Below are positions 35,532 to 52,939 of a DNA stretch of 64,000 nt, in pieces (within the stretch, counting starts at the first letter, position 1; the number at the start of each line of letters is the position of its first letter). The DNA is taken from positions 124,001 to 188,000 of the forward strand of contig JAVKOQ020000029.1 of the NCBI GenBank assembly GCA_031835245.2. Reading direction: 5' to 3'. The translations under genes were made by a program, and so were the position numbers. Source of the DNA: Balamuthia mandrillaris (lineage: Eukaryota). Below the pieces are notes generated by a model. The model was not told the DNA's origin. It was given only the letters and a program-made list of their open reading frames with translations, and made no database searches.

Positions 35532-36305
35532 ATAGCAGCAGCACAAGAGAAAGAGAGACAAGGAGCCAAACAAAAAAAGAGGGAGAGAGTTGCTATACTT
35601 TGTTGTGCTGAAAGCAAAGGCCGTCCCATCTACCCGGTTTGTTTGCTCCCAACACAGACGCATTGGTGAGCCACAGCCGTCCGTTCCTATGCTCAAAGTC
35701 TTGGTCCCGCAAAAGCAACGCAAAACACTTTTTGCAACGCAGCCCTTTGTGTTGTTTCTTCTCCGAAGGCTTATCTGTTGTTCCTTCAGCAACACCAGAA
35801 GACTGTTGCGGCTGGTTGAAAGCACTCTACGCACACATACAAAGAAAGGAGGATATGTGAGTAGAATGACAGTGGATGAGAAGAAGGTGATGAAGACGAA
35901 GATGATTACGTCTTGGGGTCTGCGGAAGGAAGGATCGGGGTCAGGAAACAGTTTGGCGAGAGGACAAGAGGAGGAAGATATGTTTTCTTTGGCTGCTTCA
36001 GCAGCCTCCTTCTTGAGCGCACATATTTCCTCCACATTTAGACACACACCATACATCCGTTTCTTCTTCTCGTCGTGCCGAGGAGCGTCTGCTTCCCTCT
36101 CGCATTCTTCCTCCTCTTGTTCGCTGCGTTCTTTGCCTTCCTCCTCTCTCAATTTGGCCTCCTCCCTTCGCTTCCTCTTCCGTCGTAGCTTTTTTCTCTG
36201 TTTATCCCTTTCTTTGGCTCGTTTCTTGCCAGCGCCTAGGCAACGCCCACCTCCACCTCCTCCTTCATGCTTGCTTTGTTCTTTCTTTTCTGCTTCGTTC
36301 TCCAT
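35292..36305 (-). CDS. Small protein with a basic/acidic N-terminus and a C-terminal zinc-binding domain (Yippee/RLR-CTD beta-tent-like)
   Basis: Exons 36305-35910, 35826-35599 and 35465-35292 splice in frame to give LRCKKCFALLL...KVYCQNMHYVG...HVPVLRADK. Confidence 0.6.
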
Positions 36306-36424
36306 TTTCTGTCGGTATGCGAAGTATGTACATTTTTGTAATTCTTCAACATTTTTTGCGATTTTAACATTCTTGATATTAAAGTCGACAGAAAATCAAA
36401 GAAGAAAAGAAAAGAAAAAAAAGA

Positions 36425-36997
36425 ATGGAGGCTCTGCGCGGGTGTGTTACGTCCATTACGGAGGCCATTGAGGAGGTGGCGGACGAGGAGAGGGAGGCGG
36501 GATCTCCTGAAGAGAGGACCATTGAGGTTTCGAAAGAATTGAGCAGCGATCTTTTGGCCTTTATCACTTCGCTGGAAACATCTGCCAAAAAGGATATGGT
36601 GAGTGCTAGGTCTGGTCTGGTTCTTTCTTTCTCTTTCTCTTGTTGCTTTTGGCAAACGAGTGCTGCTGTTAAAAATAATAGATAGTAGGCACCAGAAAAA
36701 TATCAACAACACTCACCAACCTGGTCGACGCTGCCAACGGCATGTCCGCCAAGAACAAGGATAGAGGAAACCAAGAAAAGATCATAAGGTTCGTCTTTCA
36801 TTTCGTTCACCTTGTGAGTTCTTTTTGGAAACCAAGCCATCACTCCACCTGTTAATACCTTTAAAAAAAAACAGTGCTGCCGTGAAAGCACGTAAAACTG
36901 GCGTTAATCTCAAGGTGAGGCGAGAGAACAAGAGGAGCAGCAGAAAAGAGGGACAGGAGAGATCAGAACAGAGAACGAGAACATAATACAAGAGAAG

Positions 36998-37038
<41 letters not shown>

Positions 37039-37227
37039 ACCAGCTTAACATTGCTTCTTCGTTTCATAAAGATCTTGACAGCGATGGCAGCGGCCGGAAC
37101 GGATGCCGGGAAAGAAACCACGCAAAACATGGAAAGGATTGAAAATGCGGTGGAGGAGCTCTGCGAGTCGGTGGTTAAGCTCATAGAGCTCACCAACGTT
37201 GGTCAGCTGGAATGGGTCACTGTATGA
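36425..37227 (+). CDS. Stand-alone vinculin-tail-like helical bundle protein (about 160 aa, 4 exons)
   Basis: The spliced product includes AKKDMIVGTRKISTTLTNLVDAANGMSAKNKDRGNQEKIISAAVKARKTGVNLKILTAMAA..NAVEELCESVVKLI, which parallels the vinculin tail helices. Confidence 0.65.
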
Positions 37228-37338
37228 TCCTCTAAGTTTTCTTCAAGAGAATGAAGAGCGAAGAAGAGAAGAAGATATGAGACAACTTGCACGGTACTGT
37301 CTTTGTCGTTGTATTATTGTTTTCAAAAAAAAAACTGT

Positions 37339-38312
37339 TCATGAGGATGAGGAAGAAAAGAAAGAAGGTCGTTCTTCGGGACGAAAAGCGGCTGCGAGCA
37401 TGGCGGCTTCTTTTGCCATGTCCTCTTCCGTTCGTGGCTCCCGTTCTCTGTCCATTGCCAACTGAAAAAATGGAATCAACAGTTAGAAGACAAGGCAAAC
37501 AAGAGATGCACAGAAGAAGGGAGAAGAGAGACAAAGATAAGCGAAACCTCTTTGTAGACATCGTCGTTCCGTTCAAAGTCACCTTTGCTCCGAGGAAGGA
37601 TGTGCACGTGAACATGTTCTATTGAATACAAATTTAGCCATTGAAAGTAGAGAGAGAGAGAGGCAGAAGAAGAAGAAGAAAACATACCAACAGTCTGACC
37701 AGCAGCACTTCCATCCTGAACAGCCAAAGTCAGGGACTCTGCAGCGAACCTGTCTTCTATCACTGTGCCTATTCTTTGAGCTTACAAAGAAGAATTCATG
37801 AGAGAGAGAGAGAGAGAGAGAGAAGACAAAGAGTTTCGGATGAAAGAAAGATCGGTGACAGTGGCTGAACAAACTACGAACCAGAGAGAAAAAGATCTCC
37901 AACTTCTGCAGGAGTCAAATCTCGAAACCGGAGTACTGAGAGGTTACAATGAAGAACAAATATGAGAGCTCATGGTACAAAAGGTGGATAGGAGTTGAAC
38001 CAACCTCGCCTCTGAGGAATAACAAGTACATGACCTTGGCAGCGGTTTCAAAAAAAAAACGAACATGAAATCAAATCATACGTCAATGAACAGCATCACG
38101 ATGTTGCTACGCGAAAACGTACCGGGAACTACCGGCATCAAGTTGACCAGCCCGAATGACAGCGGACTTTTGAAAAACACTTGGGATGCCCTGATGGTAT
38201 GCTGATGGCAGTATCAAAGGGTCAGACCAGGGTTTTTAGTTGGAACAAAAAAACAAAAGCAGCATTTGCTACGCTTTCCTCCTACCTGACCAAACCGGAT
38301 CGTTTCTTCCAT
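37339..38312 (-). CDS. FHIT: Bis(5'-adenosyl)-triphosphatase, HIT family (FHIT-like), many short exons
   Basis: [56 protein letters not shown] and [11 protein letters not shown]. Confidence 0.92.
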
Positions 38313-38474
38313 CTTTTTTTGCTCCAAAACAAAAAAAAAAAGAGTAGCAAGAAAATCATGTCGTCATGAATCATGTCAGTCGACATAAATTCTGTTCTTT
38401 GTTTTTGGTTTCTTATTTTTTTCTTTTCTTTTTCGTTGGAGAAGAAATCTCACAAACCAAAAAAAAAACTACTC

Positions 38475-39760
38475 TTACACTCCAACCTTGGAAATGGTGA
38501 TGAGGACCACCGCAATGATGTTGAAGCAGCAAGCAATGCTAAAGGGAACAAGGTTGCGCCAGCCAGTGATCTCCTTGAACAGGAAGATGCCCCAGAGAGA
38601 GCCCACGGCGCCGGGTCCCGTAGACACGATGGGGAAGGAGACGGTGAAGCCCAGCTCTTGATTTGCCACAAAGTAGGCTATCTGGGCAATGCCCCACATT
38701 ACTCCGCTATGCGAACAGAAGAAGGTTATGGAATGTGTTATTTGTTTGGAACTCGAAGCAAAACAAAAAGAAGGAGAAGGGGGCGGGAGAAAGAGGCAGC
38801 AAGACAACCAGAGAAAATGATAGAGAGAGAGAGAGAGAGAGAGAGAAGGAGAGAAGGTAGAATCAAGGAGAAAGCGTAAAAGAAACAAAAAAAAGAGACG
38901 AACCTGATGAAACCAGGTAAGATGATGCTGGGATAGATCAACGGCTTGTTCCGCATGAGAATAGCATAGACGAACATGAAGAAGGTGGCTGTCATCATGA
39001 TGCCGCAAAACTGGGAGAAGACATAGTCCAGGCCATTGGAGCTGCCCTTGTGGTGATCTATCTCCCATTGGGCAGGGTCAAAGTTAAGGCCGTAGCAACA
39101 GCCGGAGAACAGGGACAAGCTCACTCCAACGATGCGCTTCTGCATGGGACCCAACCGGTCAAAGATACGATCCAAAGGGTTCGTCTCGGTCGGGGCCTTG
39201 GGCTCTTGCAGGGTTTCGAGGTCGGAGTTGATAGGGAGCAAGCCGTCCGTCTCTCGCTCGCCTATCTCCAAGGAGGAACCAGAGGAGGAGTCCTGGATGG
39301 TGGCGATCTTCTTGGTGGTGCCCTTCTTGCCTACCTCCGGCTTCACAAAGGCATAAATGCAGACGGAGAACAAGGCAATGCTCACTCCCAAATAGTTAAG
39401 CCAGGAGATGGCCACCGAGTTCTTGTTCAGCCCAAACAAGCCAAAGTTGCCGCTGGCCCAGCCCATGACTAGGGCCACCATGCCCCAGATGAGGAGACCC
39501 AGGCCTAGGCCTATGGTCTTGACGATGGGGACCACGGTGAGGTTGCCGATACACCACATGACTCCGCCGATAAGGCCGATGGCATTGAACTCGGACTGGC
39601 GGATGAACTGGACGATGAGGCCGTCGAACCAGATGCCGGCGCAGAGGATGAACTGGAAGAAGATGCCATCGCCCGCTTCAAACTGCTTCACTGGGACGTA
39701 GTTGCTCCCGAAAAAGATCACAGCCACCGCTGCCGCCAAGAAGCCAACCCACTCAGCCAT
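38475..39760 (-). CDS. TMEM144: TMEM144-like DMT-superfamily membrane transporter; 2 exons
   Basis: FFGSNYVPVKQFEAGDGIFFQF, GNLTVVPIVKTIGLGLGLLIWG, GLDYVFSQFCGI and VSFPIVSTGPGAVGSLWGIFLFKEI. Confidence 0.9.
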
Positions 39761-40469
39761 CCTTTCTCACTGCCGCTTTTTTTTCTCTTCACCACCCTAA
39801 AAATAAAAAATAGTGCTGTTACGCAGCGAGAAGAAGCAAGCGGGCAACAAGAACAGCAACTACTTTTTCTTGCTTTTCTGCCTTTTCTTTTTTCCTCCTT
39901 CTTTGGTTTTATTGCGCAGGTGGCACTGCAATCAAATAAATGACCAACGCGCAATGGTCTGGTTTGGCGGTGGTCCTTGTCGACACATATTTTCCCGCTA
40001 AAAGCAACAGGGAAGCGCAGGGACGTTTTTGCTGCCCTTTTTTCCCTTGCCATTTCTCTCCAGCCAAATACAAGAGCGGGGTACGTCATGCCTATCATTT
40101 TAGGAGATTGGAACAATAACGATCTCACAATGACGTGTGAGGGATTGAAATAGGATAAACTGGTGATGACAATGGTAGATCGTAAGGTTTTGGCGGGAAA
40201 AGTGCAAAGGGAAAAAAAATAACAAGAAAAAAAGGGAGGGCGGCAAGAAGGGGGAAAAAAAAATAATGGAGGGACCAACTTGGCTCTTTACAAATGGGGA
40301 CAAAGAGGAAACTGGAATCGTTTGGTACGTTTTGTTGGTGTGGTTGCAAGTAGCAGCTTGAACCAAGATCGCTCATAGATTCTAATGCACACCATAATGA
40401 ACGCGTAGCAATGGAAAGAGTGGCGGAGCGTTTGATGATTTCCTGTCAGGCCCCGCTTTGATCGATCCA

Positions 40470-42474
40470 ATGAACCACGGCGCAGAGCCGATGAAATTGG
40501 AACGAAAGACCCTACCGACAGAGTTCACTCACCAACGCTTCGTCATTAAAGAGAAGCAGCATCTCAATCAGCAGTACGCTTCGCTCTACGACCATCGCCT
40601 ACTTGCTCTGAGGCCCGTTGTGGCTGAGAAGGCGAACGCCAAATGGAGGCCCAACGACGACAGCACCAATGAGCCGAGACACCACACCAAGATCCTGGAG
40701 ATAGCACCAGGAGAGAAGTGCTTCGTCACAGGAACGTTGTACCGGGACATGCCCCTGCGGCCAAACATTCTGGAGTCATACGCTAAAGAGGTATGTTTTT
40801 TCTCGTTGGTCATAAGACAAACTAGAGATGAAGTGAAGAGGAGATGTTGAAGAGAAGAAAGCAGGTCTGAGGAGAGAAAAGCGATAAGGGAAGAAAGAAA
40901 AAGTCACACCCTTCTTATAATGCCTTATGCAGAGAACGATTATTCCACCACCGGTCCATGGCACTTATGCAAGCGACCAAGACAAGTTCATCTTGGAAGA
41001 TGATTCTGGTCGTTTACGTCTTTTGGGCACTATTGAATCTGAGTACTACGTAACAGGTAGGCTTTTTCACCTCATAAGGCTTTATCCTTCTTTTCAGATT
41101 CTTTTTCTTAACTTCTCTTATTTCTTATTGCAGGAATGGTTGTTGCTGTCAAAGGAGTTGCTTTGGATGGCGGTGAATTCCAAATCGAGGAAATACTTCT
41201 GCCAGACTTACCTCCTCAACCCAGATTTGTTCCAGGTAAGTGAAGCGAAGAAAGGACTTGAGATTACTGAGAGAGAGCGCTCCTTATTATTTTTTTTTCT
41301 GACAAAATTTAAATAACATTGTCCTTCTTTTTCTAGCTTGTTCAGATGACTGCTACGTGGCCTTGGTTTCGGGATTGTGTGTCGGTGACTCCACACACAA
41401 TCCTCTATACTTGGAAATGTTAGTAGATTACATTTCGGGTCATATTGGCTCCTCTCTGGTTCGTTGATACTACCCCTGTCCATTTCGTTCTGCTTCCACT
41501 TTTTTTGTTGTTTTTGTTTGTTTTGTTGCGCACATTTTCATACTCTTTGATTGAAATGCAGGAACAAAGCTTCGAAGCAAAGATAGTCCGGGTGATCCTC
41601 GCAGGCAACTCCCTTGTTGCTCCAGAAGAAACCCCCGAAGGAGCTAAGCTTCGCAACTATCAAAGAGTACTATTCTCTCTCTGTCCTCTTTGTCTCTTTT
41701 TTGCTCTCTTTACTTACTCTACTTTTCTCACAGAAATTAGGATCAAGACAAGAAAAGTCCAGTGTAGTGTCACCTCTCCGCCTCTTGGATCAGTTAGTTT
41801 CACAGCTGGCCTCAAGTGTGCCTGTGGATTTTATGCCGGGCGAGAATGATCCCTCCAACTTTTCGTTGCCTCAACAGCCGCTCAGCCGGTGTTTGCTTCC
41901 TACCTCTACTAAGTACTCCACATTCACACCAGTGACCAACCCCTACGAGGTGAATGTGGGAGGAGCCCTGTATGTGTTCTCCTTCTTATCTCTTTTCCTT
42001 TTATCTTCCTATTCCTCCTCGTCTTTCTCACGGTTGGTTTCTTTTGACAGGCTTTTAGGAACATCGGGTCAACCCGTTGATAATATTAGCAAATATGTCA
42101 AGCAACCAGATCCGCTGTCCTACATGGAAGCAACCCTTCGCTGTAGGCACATAGCTCCCACTGCTCCCGATACCCTTGGTACCTACTTTCATCCTTTGAC
42201 AAAAAACCCCTCTTTTTTTCATTAAACTGCGTTAACTTACAACAATGTAGGATGTTATCCATTCACCAAATTTGATCCTTTTGTATTGGAAACCTGCCCT
42301 CACGTTTATTTCGTTGGCAACCAACCACGCTATGAGACCAAATGTATCGAAGGAAATGAAGGACAGGCCATGCGGCTCATCACCATTCCTCGGTTCTCTG
42401 ACACTCATACCATTGTGTTGCTCAACTTGCGCACTCTCAACTGCCACCCCATTACATTCGATCTACCATTCTAG
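40470..42474 (+). CDS. POLD2: DNA polymerase delta small (B) subunit
   Basis: QQYASLYDHRL, GTLYRDMPLRPNIL, ILEDDSGRLRL, IVRVILAGNS, MPGENDPSNFSLPQQPL, GTSGQPVDNI, HIAPTAPDTL and PHVYFVGNQP. Confidence 0.96.
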
Positions 42475-43163
42475 GAAAAAAAAGGTTTCCATCATATCTC
42501 ATTGTTTTGTACTACCAATACCATTTCTTTCATTCCCTCTGTTTTTCATGCTCCTCTTGCAAGAAGAAAGAAACAGCAGCTAAGTAAGTAAGCCAACCCA
42601 TGCACAAAAAAGCAAAAAAAAAAAACAAACAAACAAACAAACAAACAAACAAACAAAAAAGCCTGGAGTGGATTTTAACCACCATCAACCCCAACTTGTT
42701 TTTGTTGTCTTTGAAGACGGGTTGGCTAACTTTGAGCCGCACCAGGCTGACCGCTCCCACGCCTCATTTCGCTGTTTTGCACAGCCATCCAAAGCGAGGC
42801 GGACCACATTATGGGAATGCAATTAATAATGTCTACAACAAATCCACGTGGCATGAAAATAATAATTGTTGTCGACGGTTCTGACGTGGCTCCCTACGGT
42901 TACTTTGGACGATAGGCACCAAAGCAGTGATGACGTGGTCGCCACTTTTTTTATTTTTTGTTTTTGTGTTTTTGGAGTCAAAATTGGAAAAAAAAGGAAA
43001 GAAGGAGCAAAGAGGGAGAGAGAAGCGTCTCACCACCAACAAATCTTTCTCTTCTTTTTTTTTTTTGGGATTTCGAAAAGAAAGCAAAAGAAAAAGGGGG
43101 GAAAGAGAAGGAAAGCACACACAAAGGGTTTTTTTTTTAAAAAAAGCAAAAGAGAAATCACAG

Positions 43164-46100
43164 ATGTTGAAGCAAGTGAAGCGCAACGCCACTGCAGCGT
43201 GGTGCCCTGTGCAAGATGGCAAAAACTATTTGGCTCTGGGCACTGTGGCTGGATCGATTGGGGATTTCAGCACTGACACTGCCCTCGAGGTTGTGTCCCT
43301 CCAGACGAACGACTCCCAAGATTTGAGTATGCCCACTGTTGGAAACATTGAGGTTCGTTTTTGTGTGCTACGTTTTTTTTGTTTGTTGTGATGCCTTTGA
43401 TTGAAGTGTTACACAGCTCTCTCTCTCTCCCCTCTCTTCACTCATTGATTGTTTGTAAATGTAAAAGTGTTGCTACTTTTAGTTTGATAGGTTACAAATT
43501 TATTTTTCAAATCTTTCTCATTATTAATCTTCCTTCCTTTGATTTATTTAAATAAAAAGGTTGGAAGCAAGTTTCACTCTTTGGCATGGGGCCAGTCGCC
43601 TAATGCTTCCTATTCTCTTGGCCTCATTGCTGGAGGCATGGAAGATGGTTCTCTTTCTCTGTGGGACCCCTCCAAACTCGTTGCCAAGTACGTTTTTTTG
43701 TTAAAAAAAAACTCATTCTTTCTTTTTATACTCACAATGATCTTTACAGTAACAAAGAAGCGGCAGTTGTATCCAGCACAACAAAGCACAGTGGCCCTGT
43801 TCGTTCTCTTGACTTCAACCCCCTGCAGTCCAGTCTATTGGTCACTGCTGGTAGCAACTCAGAAGTGCGTCTCTTTCCCTTTCTCCCTCTCCTCTCTGTC
43901 TCTCTTCTCCCTGCTCATCTTTTTTTTTCGATGACTTACTCAAACTACCAACAACTCAGATTTTCATTTGGGATCTGACGAACCCTGCTCAACCCAAAGC
44001 CTTCAAGCCTGGAGCGCAAGTTCAGCATCACACCGATATTTACAGCGTGATGTGGAACAAGAAAGTGCAACACATTTTGGCCTCCGCTTCTTACAATGGC
44101 CTCACCGTAGTGTGGGATTTGAAGGCCAAAAAGCAGGTTCTTTCCTTTGCTGATCCTTCGCGACAGTACAGATGCAAGAGCATAGCCTGGCATCCGAAGG
44201 AAGCCTTGCAGATCGCAACCGCCTCGGAAGAAGACGACTATCCTCTGATCCAACTTTGGGACTTGCGTAATGCCTATTCCCCGGCTGCTGTACGTACTAA
44301 GACCAAACTAAAAGAAACGAGCAAATAGCCTGATTCTTGTTTGTCTTAATTAATGCAGGTTTTCAAAGGACATACTAAAGGCGTTTGGTCCTTGTCTTGG
44401 TCTGGTATTGAGCCTAACCTTTTGTTGTCCAGCGGAAAAGACAACGAACTATTTTGCTGGAACACTTCTACGGCGCAGCTCCAGTGTGTGGTTGAAACAA
44501 CTACGGGCTGGAATTCTAACATCCAATGGTCACCAACTCAGCCTGCTATTCTTTCCACATGCTCACTTCAGGGACAGGTAAATATCCTCCATTCTTTCGT
44601 TTCCTGTTCCTTGGGTCTTATACTGTGATACCTGTATTTATCAATAGGTGAAAATTTTTGGCCTTCACGATCCTACTCGCAAAGTTACTCGAGGTAGTCA
44701 CTCAGACGATCAAATAGATTATTCTCGTCCTCCGCAATGGATGAAGGTACGCTCCTTCCCTTTTTCCATTCTTAGAATGTCTACATGACACTATTTTCCC
44801 CAAATGTTCACAGAGACCCGTTAGTGCTGCTTTTGGTTTTGGTGGTAAGCTCTTTGCATTTGGCTCTGGTCACGATAGAGTTTTGAATGTGAGTTTTTTT
44901 ACTTTTCATGTTTAACTTAGTTGATTCTTCAACTGACGCCCTCCTTTAAAGGTGCATAACGTCACAACAAATCCCTCTTTGATTGAACGAGCCCGAAGAC
45001 TTCAACGAGCCCTGAAAGAGGATGAGCACAAGGAGTTTTGCGACGAGAAGGTCTCTCCTTTCTCTCAATAGCGCGTATTTTGAATTTTCTTATTAACAAT
45101 CTTCAATTGCTCATTTCATAGGTCCAATCAAGCGAGAACGAACAAGAGCGCGCTGTTTGGAGTTATTTGCGAGTTCTATTTGAATCGGTACAATTAAGTC
45201 TTACCCAGTACAAAAAAAACATGATTTCTGATCGCGTTTTATTTAGACACGTGCTGAATTATTGGCTCACCTTGGATACGATCCAGAGTCAACGAACGCT
45301 CAAGTTTTGGCGGTAAGTTCAGTATCAGCAGCAAATACTCTAGTCATCAGCTCTAATTCTTTCGTTTCCTCTTTTTGGGCGACCAGTATTTGGACACACT
45401 CAAGAACACAGAAGAGAAAGAGGAAAGCGATAAAGAAAAGGAGGAAGAGCCAGGATCTCCCTCTGAAAGCAACCAAAACAAGGAAGGACCTGAACACTCG
45501 GAAATTTCTGAAACGAAGAATGAAGAAGAAGATGTCTCTGGACTTTTTGGTAATGATGAAGCTCCCTCTAACCTCTTTGGAAATGGCCAACATACCGAAG
45601 AAGAGAATGCATTCGCTTCCATGCAACACCAACAGGTTTTCCCTTTCTTTTCTTTATCTTTGTTCCTAAGCTTACTTTTTTTTCCTCTCTCACTTATAAC
45701 AATAAAGGACGAGTCTGATCCATTTGCTCAGATTGGACAACAACACGCTGCTAACCTTAAGGCACAGGAGCAGGAAGCTAAACAACAAAAGCCGTCTCCT
45801 TCCGCCAGCTTGGCAGGTACTTATTTATTTAGGCAGCAATGTTAGTCACACACCCACAAACCACTGAACGTTTCTTTTGTTGCAGCAATGGTTGCACTTT
45901 TGAGCAAAAACACAAAGCCTATCAAATTTGACACGGAGGCTGAAGGCACAGAGAGCATGATCACTCGCTCCCTCATTGTTGGCAGCTTCGAGTCCGCCGT
46001 CAATATTTGTGTTAAGTCCGGAAGGATGGCCGATGCCCTCGTCCTTGCTGCTTGCGGAGGTCCTGACTTGTGGGCCAAGACACAGGAGATCTTCTTCAGC

Positions 46101-46907
46101 AAGAACCAGCTGCCTTTCATGCGGGTTAGTAATCACCCTTTACATTTTTTTCTTTTACCGTTTTTTTTTTGTTAATCATGATATGAATGATCTCTTCGTA
46201 GTTGATTTCCTCTATTGTGAAGAATGAACTGCAAAACTTGGTCGCACAAACAGAGTTGAGCTCATGGAAGGCTACCCTTGCCATCCTTTGTACCTACGCC
46301 AAGAGCGAAGAATTCCCCGTTCTTTGCGGTAGCTTCACCCCTTTCTTTATCTCCTATTTTTCCATATCGAGTAACTTTTCTTTATTGCAACTTACAACTA
46401 GATCTTTTGGCTTCTCGTTTGGACGATGCTGGTCGTCACGACTCTGCTGTGCTCTGTTATATTTGTGCCGGCAACGTTGACAAGACCGTGGAGGCCTGGA
46501 GCCGCGCCTCTGCCACCTCCGAGAAGGACAAAGAAAAGGAGAACGAGGAAGGTCCTGTAGACAGAGATCAGCAGTTGCTCGAGCTCTTGGAGAAGGTCAG
46601 CATCTTCCGCAAGGCCATTGACAACAACGAACTCAGCGAGACGCTAGCTGAGAAGTACAGCCAATGCGCTGAGATTCTTGCGGACCAAGGAAGTCTTGAC
46701 ACTGCCCTTTCTTATCTTTTGCTCTTGAACGAACAGGTTTGAAACTCCTCTCCTCTCTTCGCGCTTCTCTCTTTGTAAACTTTGCTGTTGGTTCTAAATG
46801 TTCTCTCTCTTGGGTTTCTTGTGGTGCAGAAATCTATTTCTAAGAAGGGGCAATTCCTGTTGGACCGAGTCTACTATGCCCTCCCTGAAAGGCCTCAGGT
46901 TGTTACT

Positions 46908-46938
<31 letters not shown>

Positions 46939-48216
46939 AACGATGAGTGTGAACGTTTTTTTTTCCAATCCACGCACGTGTGTACTTACAACGCATCTCA
47001 ACTAGGATATCAAACCGCCTGTCACCCCTTTCGAGACCTCCAGCGTTCACGAATTTGGTAATTCATACATACATACACACACCCTCTCTCTCAAGTTTCT
47101 CACGCCTTCTCTATTCTCAGCCCCTTCAGCCCAACAAGCTGCTACAGCGGCCGCCGCCAGCAGCAGCGCGTACGGCAGACCTGCTGCCCCTATTGGAGGC
47201 CAGAGCGATGCCTTTTTCAACGCAGCAGGTTTTGCACAAGGTGGCCCATCCGCTGGACCCTTTGGCGCTCAGCAACAGCGCTTCCCACCAGCGCCATCCG
47301 CACCATCACCTTTCCCACCCCAACAACCACAACAAGGTGGTCTCTCTCCATTCCCACCTCAACCGCAACAACAAGGTGGTGGCTTCTCTCCTTTCTCTCC
47401 TCAGCCACAACCTCCCTTCATGCCTGCTGCACAAGACTCGATGGGTCCTACAGGAATGTCTCTTCCTTCTCCTGGAAGAACACCCGCTGCTGGACCTTTC
47501 CCGCCATCTTCGCCTAGCTTCGCGCCAGCAGCACCTGTTGGAGGTGCCCCCAGCTTCACCCCTGCTGCTCTTGGCGGACCTCATCCATCCTCTCCTCCTA
47601 CTTTCTCCTCTCAACCCCCTCCTCATTCCGTTCCTCCCCTTCAACCTCAACCTCAACCCCAACCCATAGGGGGAGGCTTTGGCGGAGCAATGGGAGGCTC
47701 CATCCCTTCTTCTGGAGGAGCACAGCAGCCAAGCCCTTCCGGCTCCTTCCGATCGCCTCCTGGCTCCACTGGCGCATCCATTCCTCCTTCCGCCGCAGCG
47801 GCCGCTCATGTGCCTGCCGGCAAGCCCTCCGAGAAGGGACAAGCCATTGTGGCCAAGCTGCAGGCTGCCTTGGAGAGCTGCGCCGGTCGTGTGGCTAGCG
47901 ACGCCCGGAAGACACGAGCCCTCACCGACGCCAAGGGACGACTCCAGGAACTCTTCTCCAAGCTCAACAACAATGAGTACTCGGCCGAACTGGAGGACAT
48001 TCTCTTCACCTTTGCCACTGGTTTGTTTTTTTTGTTTTCTTTTTTCTTTTTTCTGACTTCTCTTCTGTTTTTGTCATGACGAAATAAAAAGCGTTGGAAA
48101 GTGGAGACCGAAACCAAGCGCAAGATGTGCATAAGGGCGTGCTTACCAAGAATCACTGGGGAGATCTTGGCGCGCGTGTTATGATTGGCCTAAAGAGGCT
48201 GGTTGAAACCTACTAA
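43164..48216 (+). CDS. SEC31: COPII coat protein Sec31
   Basis: N-terminal WD40 region (YLALGTVAG, WNKKVQHILAS, WDLKAKK, IQLWDLRNAYSP, GHTKGV); ACE1 region (DALVLAACGGPDLW, WKATLAILCTYA, LCYICAGN); Pro-rich region; C-terminal MIGLKRL. Confidence 0.95.
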
Positions 48217-48307
48217 AACATTTTATTTTTTTGTTTAAAAAAAAATGAAAATCGAAACAACAAACACCAATAAAAATCGTTTTTTAGCTTAAATCCGTTG
48301 GTGCTCA

Positions 48308-52740
<4,433 letters not shown>

Positions 52741-52939
52741 CAAGCTTTCTTCTTCGCTACTTACTTTTTGTTTTTTAACTTTCCCGCCTTTTTTTATATT
52801 TATTGGAATTTTTTTTTTGTCCAATGAAATGCTTCTTGTGAATAAATGTCGACAAGTAAGTGCTTTTTCATTTGGCTCCTCGTGTTTCTTCGAATTTTTT
52901 GGAGATTAATGTCGACAGAAGAAACGACAAGAAAGAAAG
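52741..52939. promoter_or_regulatory. Putative bidirectional promoter between MSH2 and RPP40
   Basis: 199 bp between divergent start codons, with two copies of AATGTCGACA (cores at 52847-52854 and 52910-52917). Confidence 0.6.
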
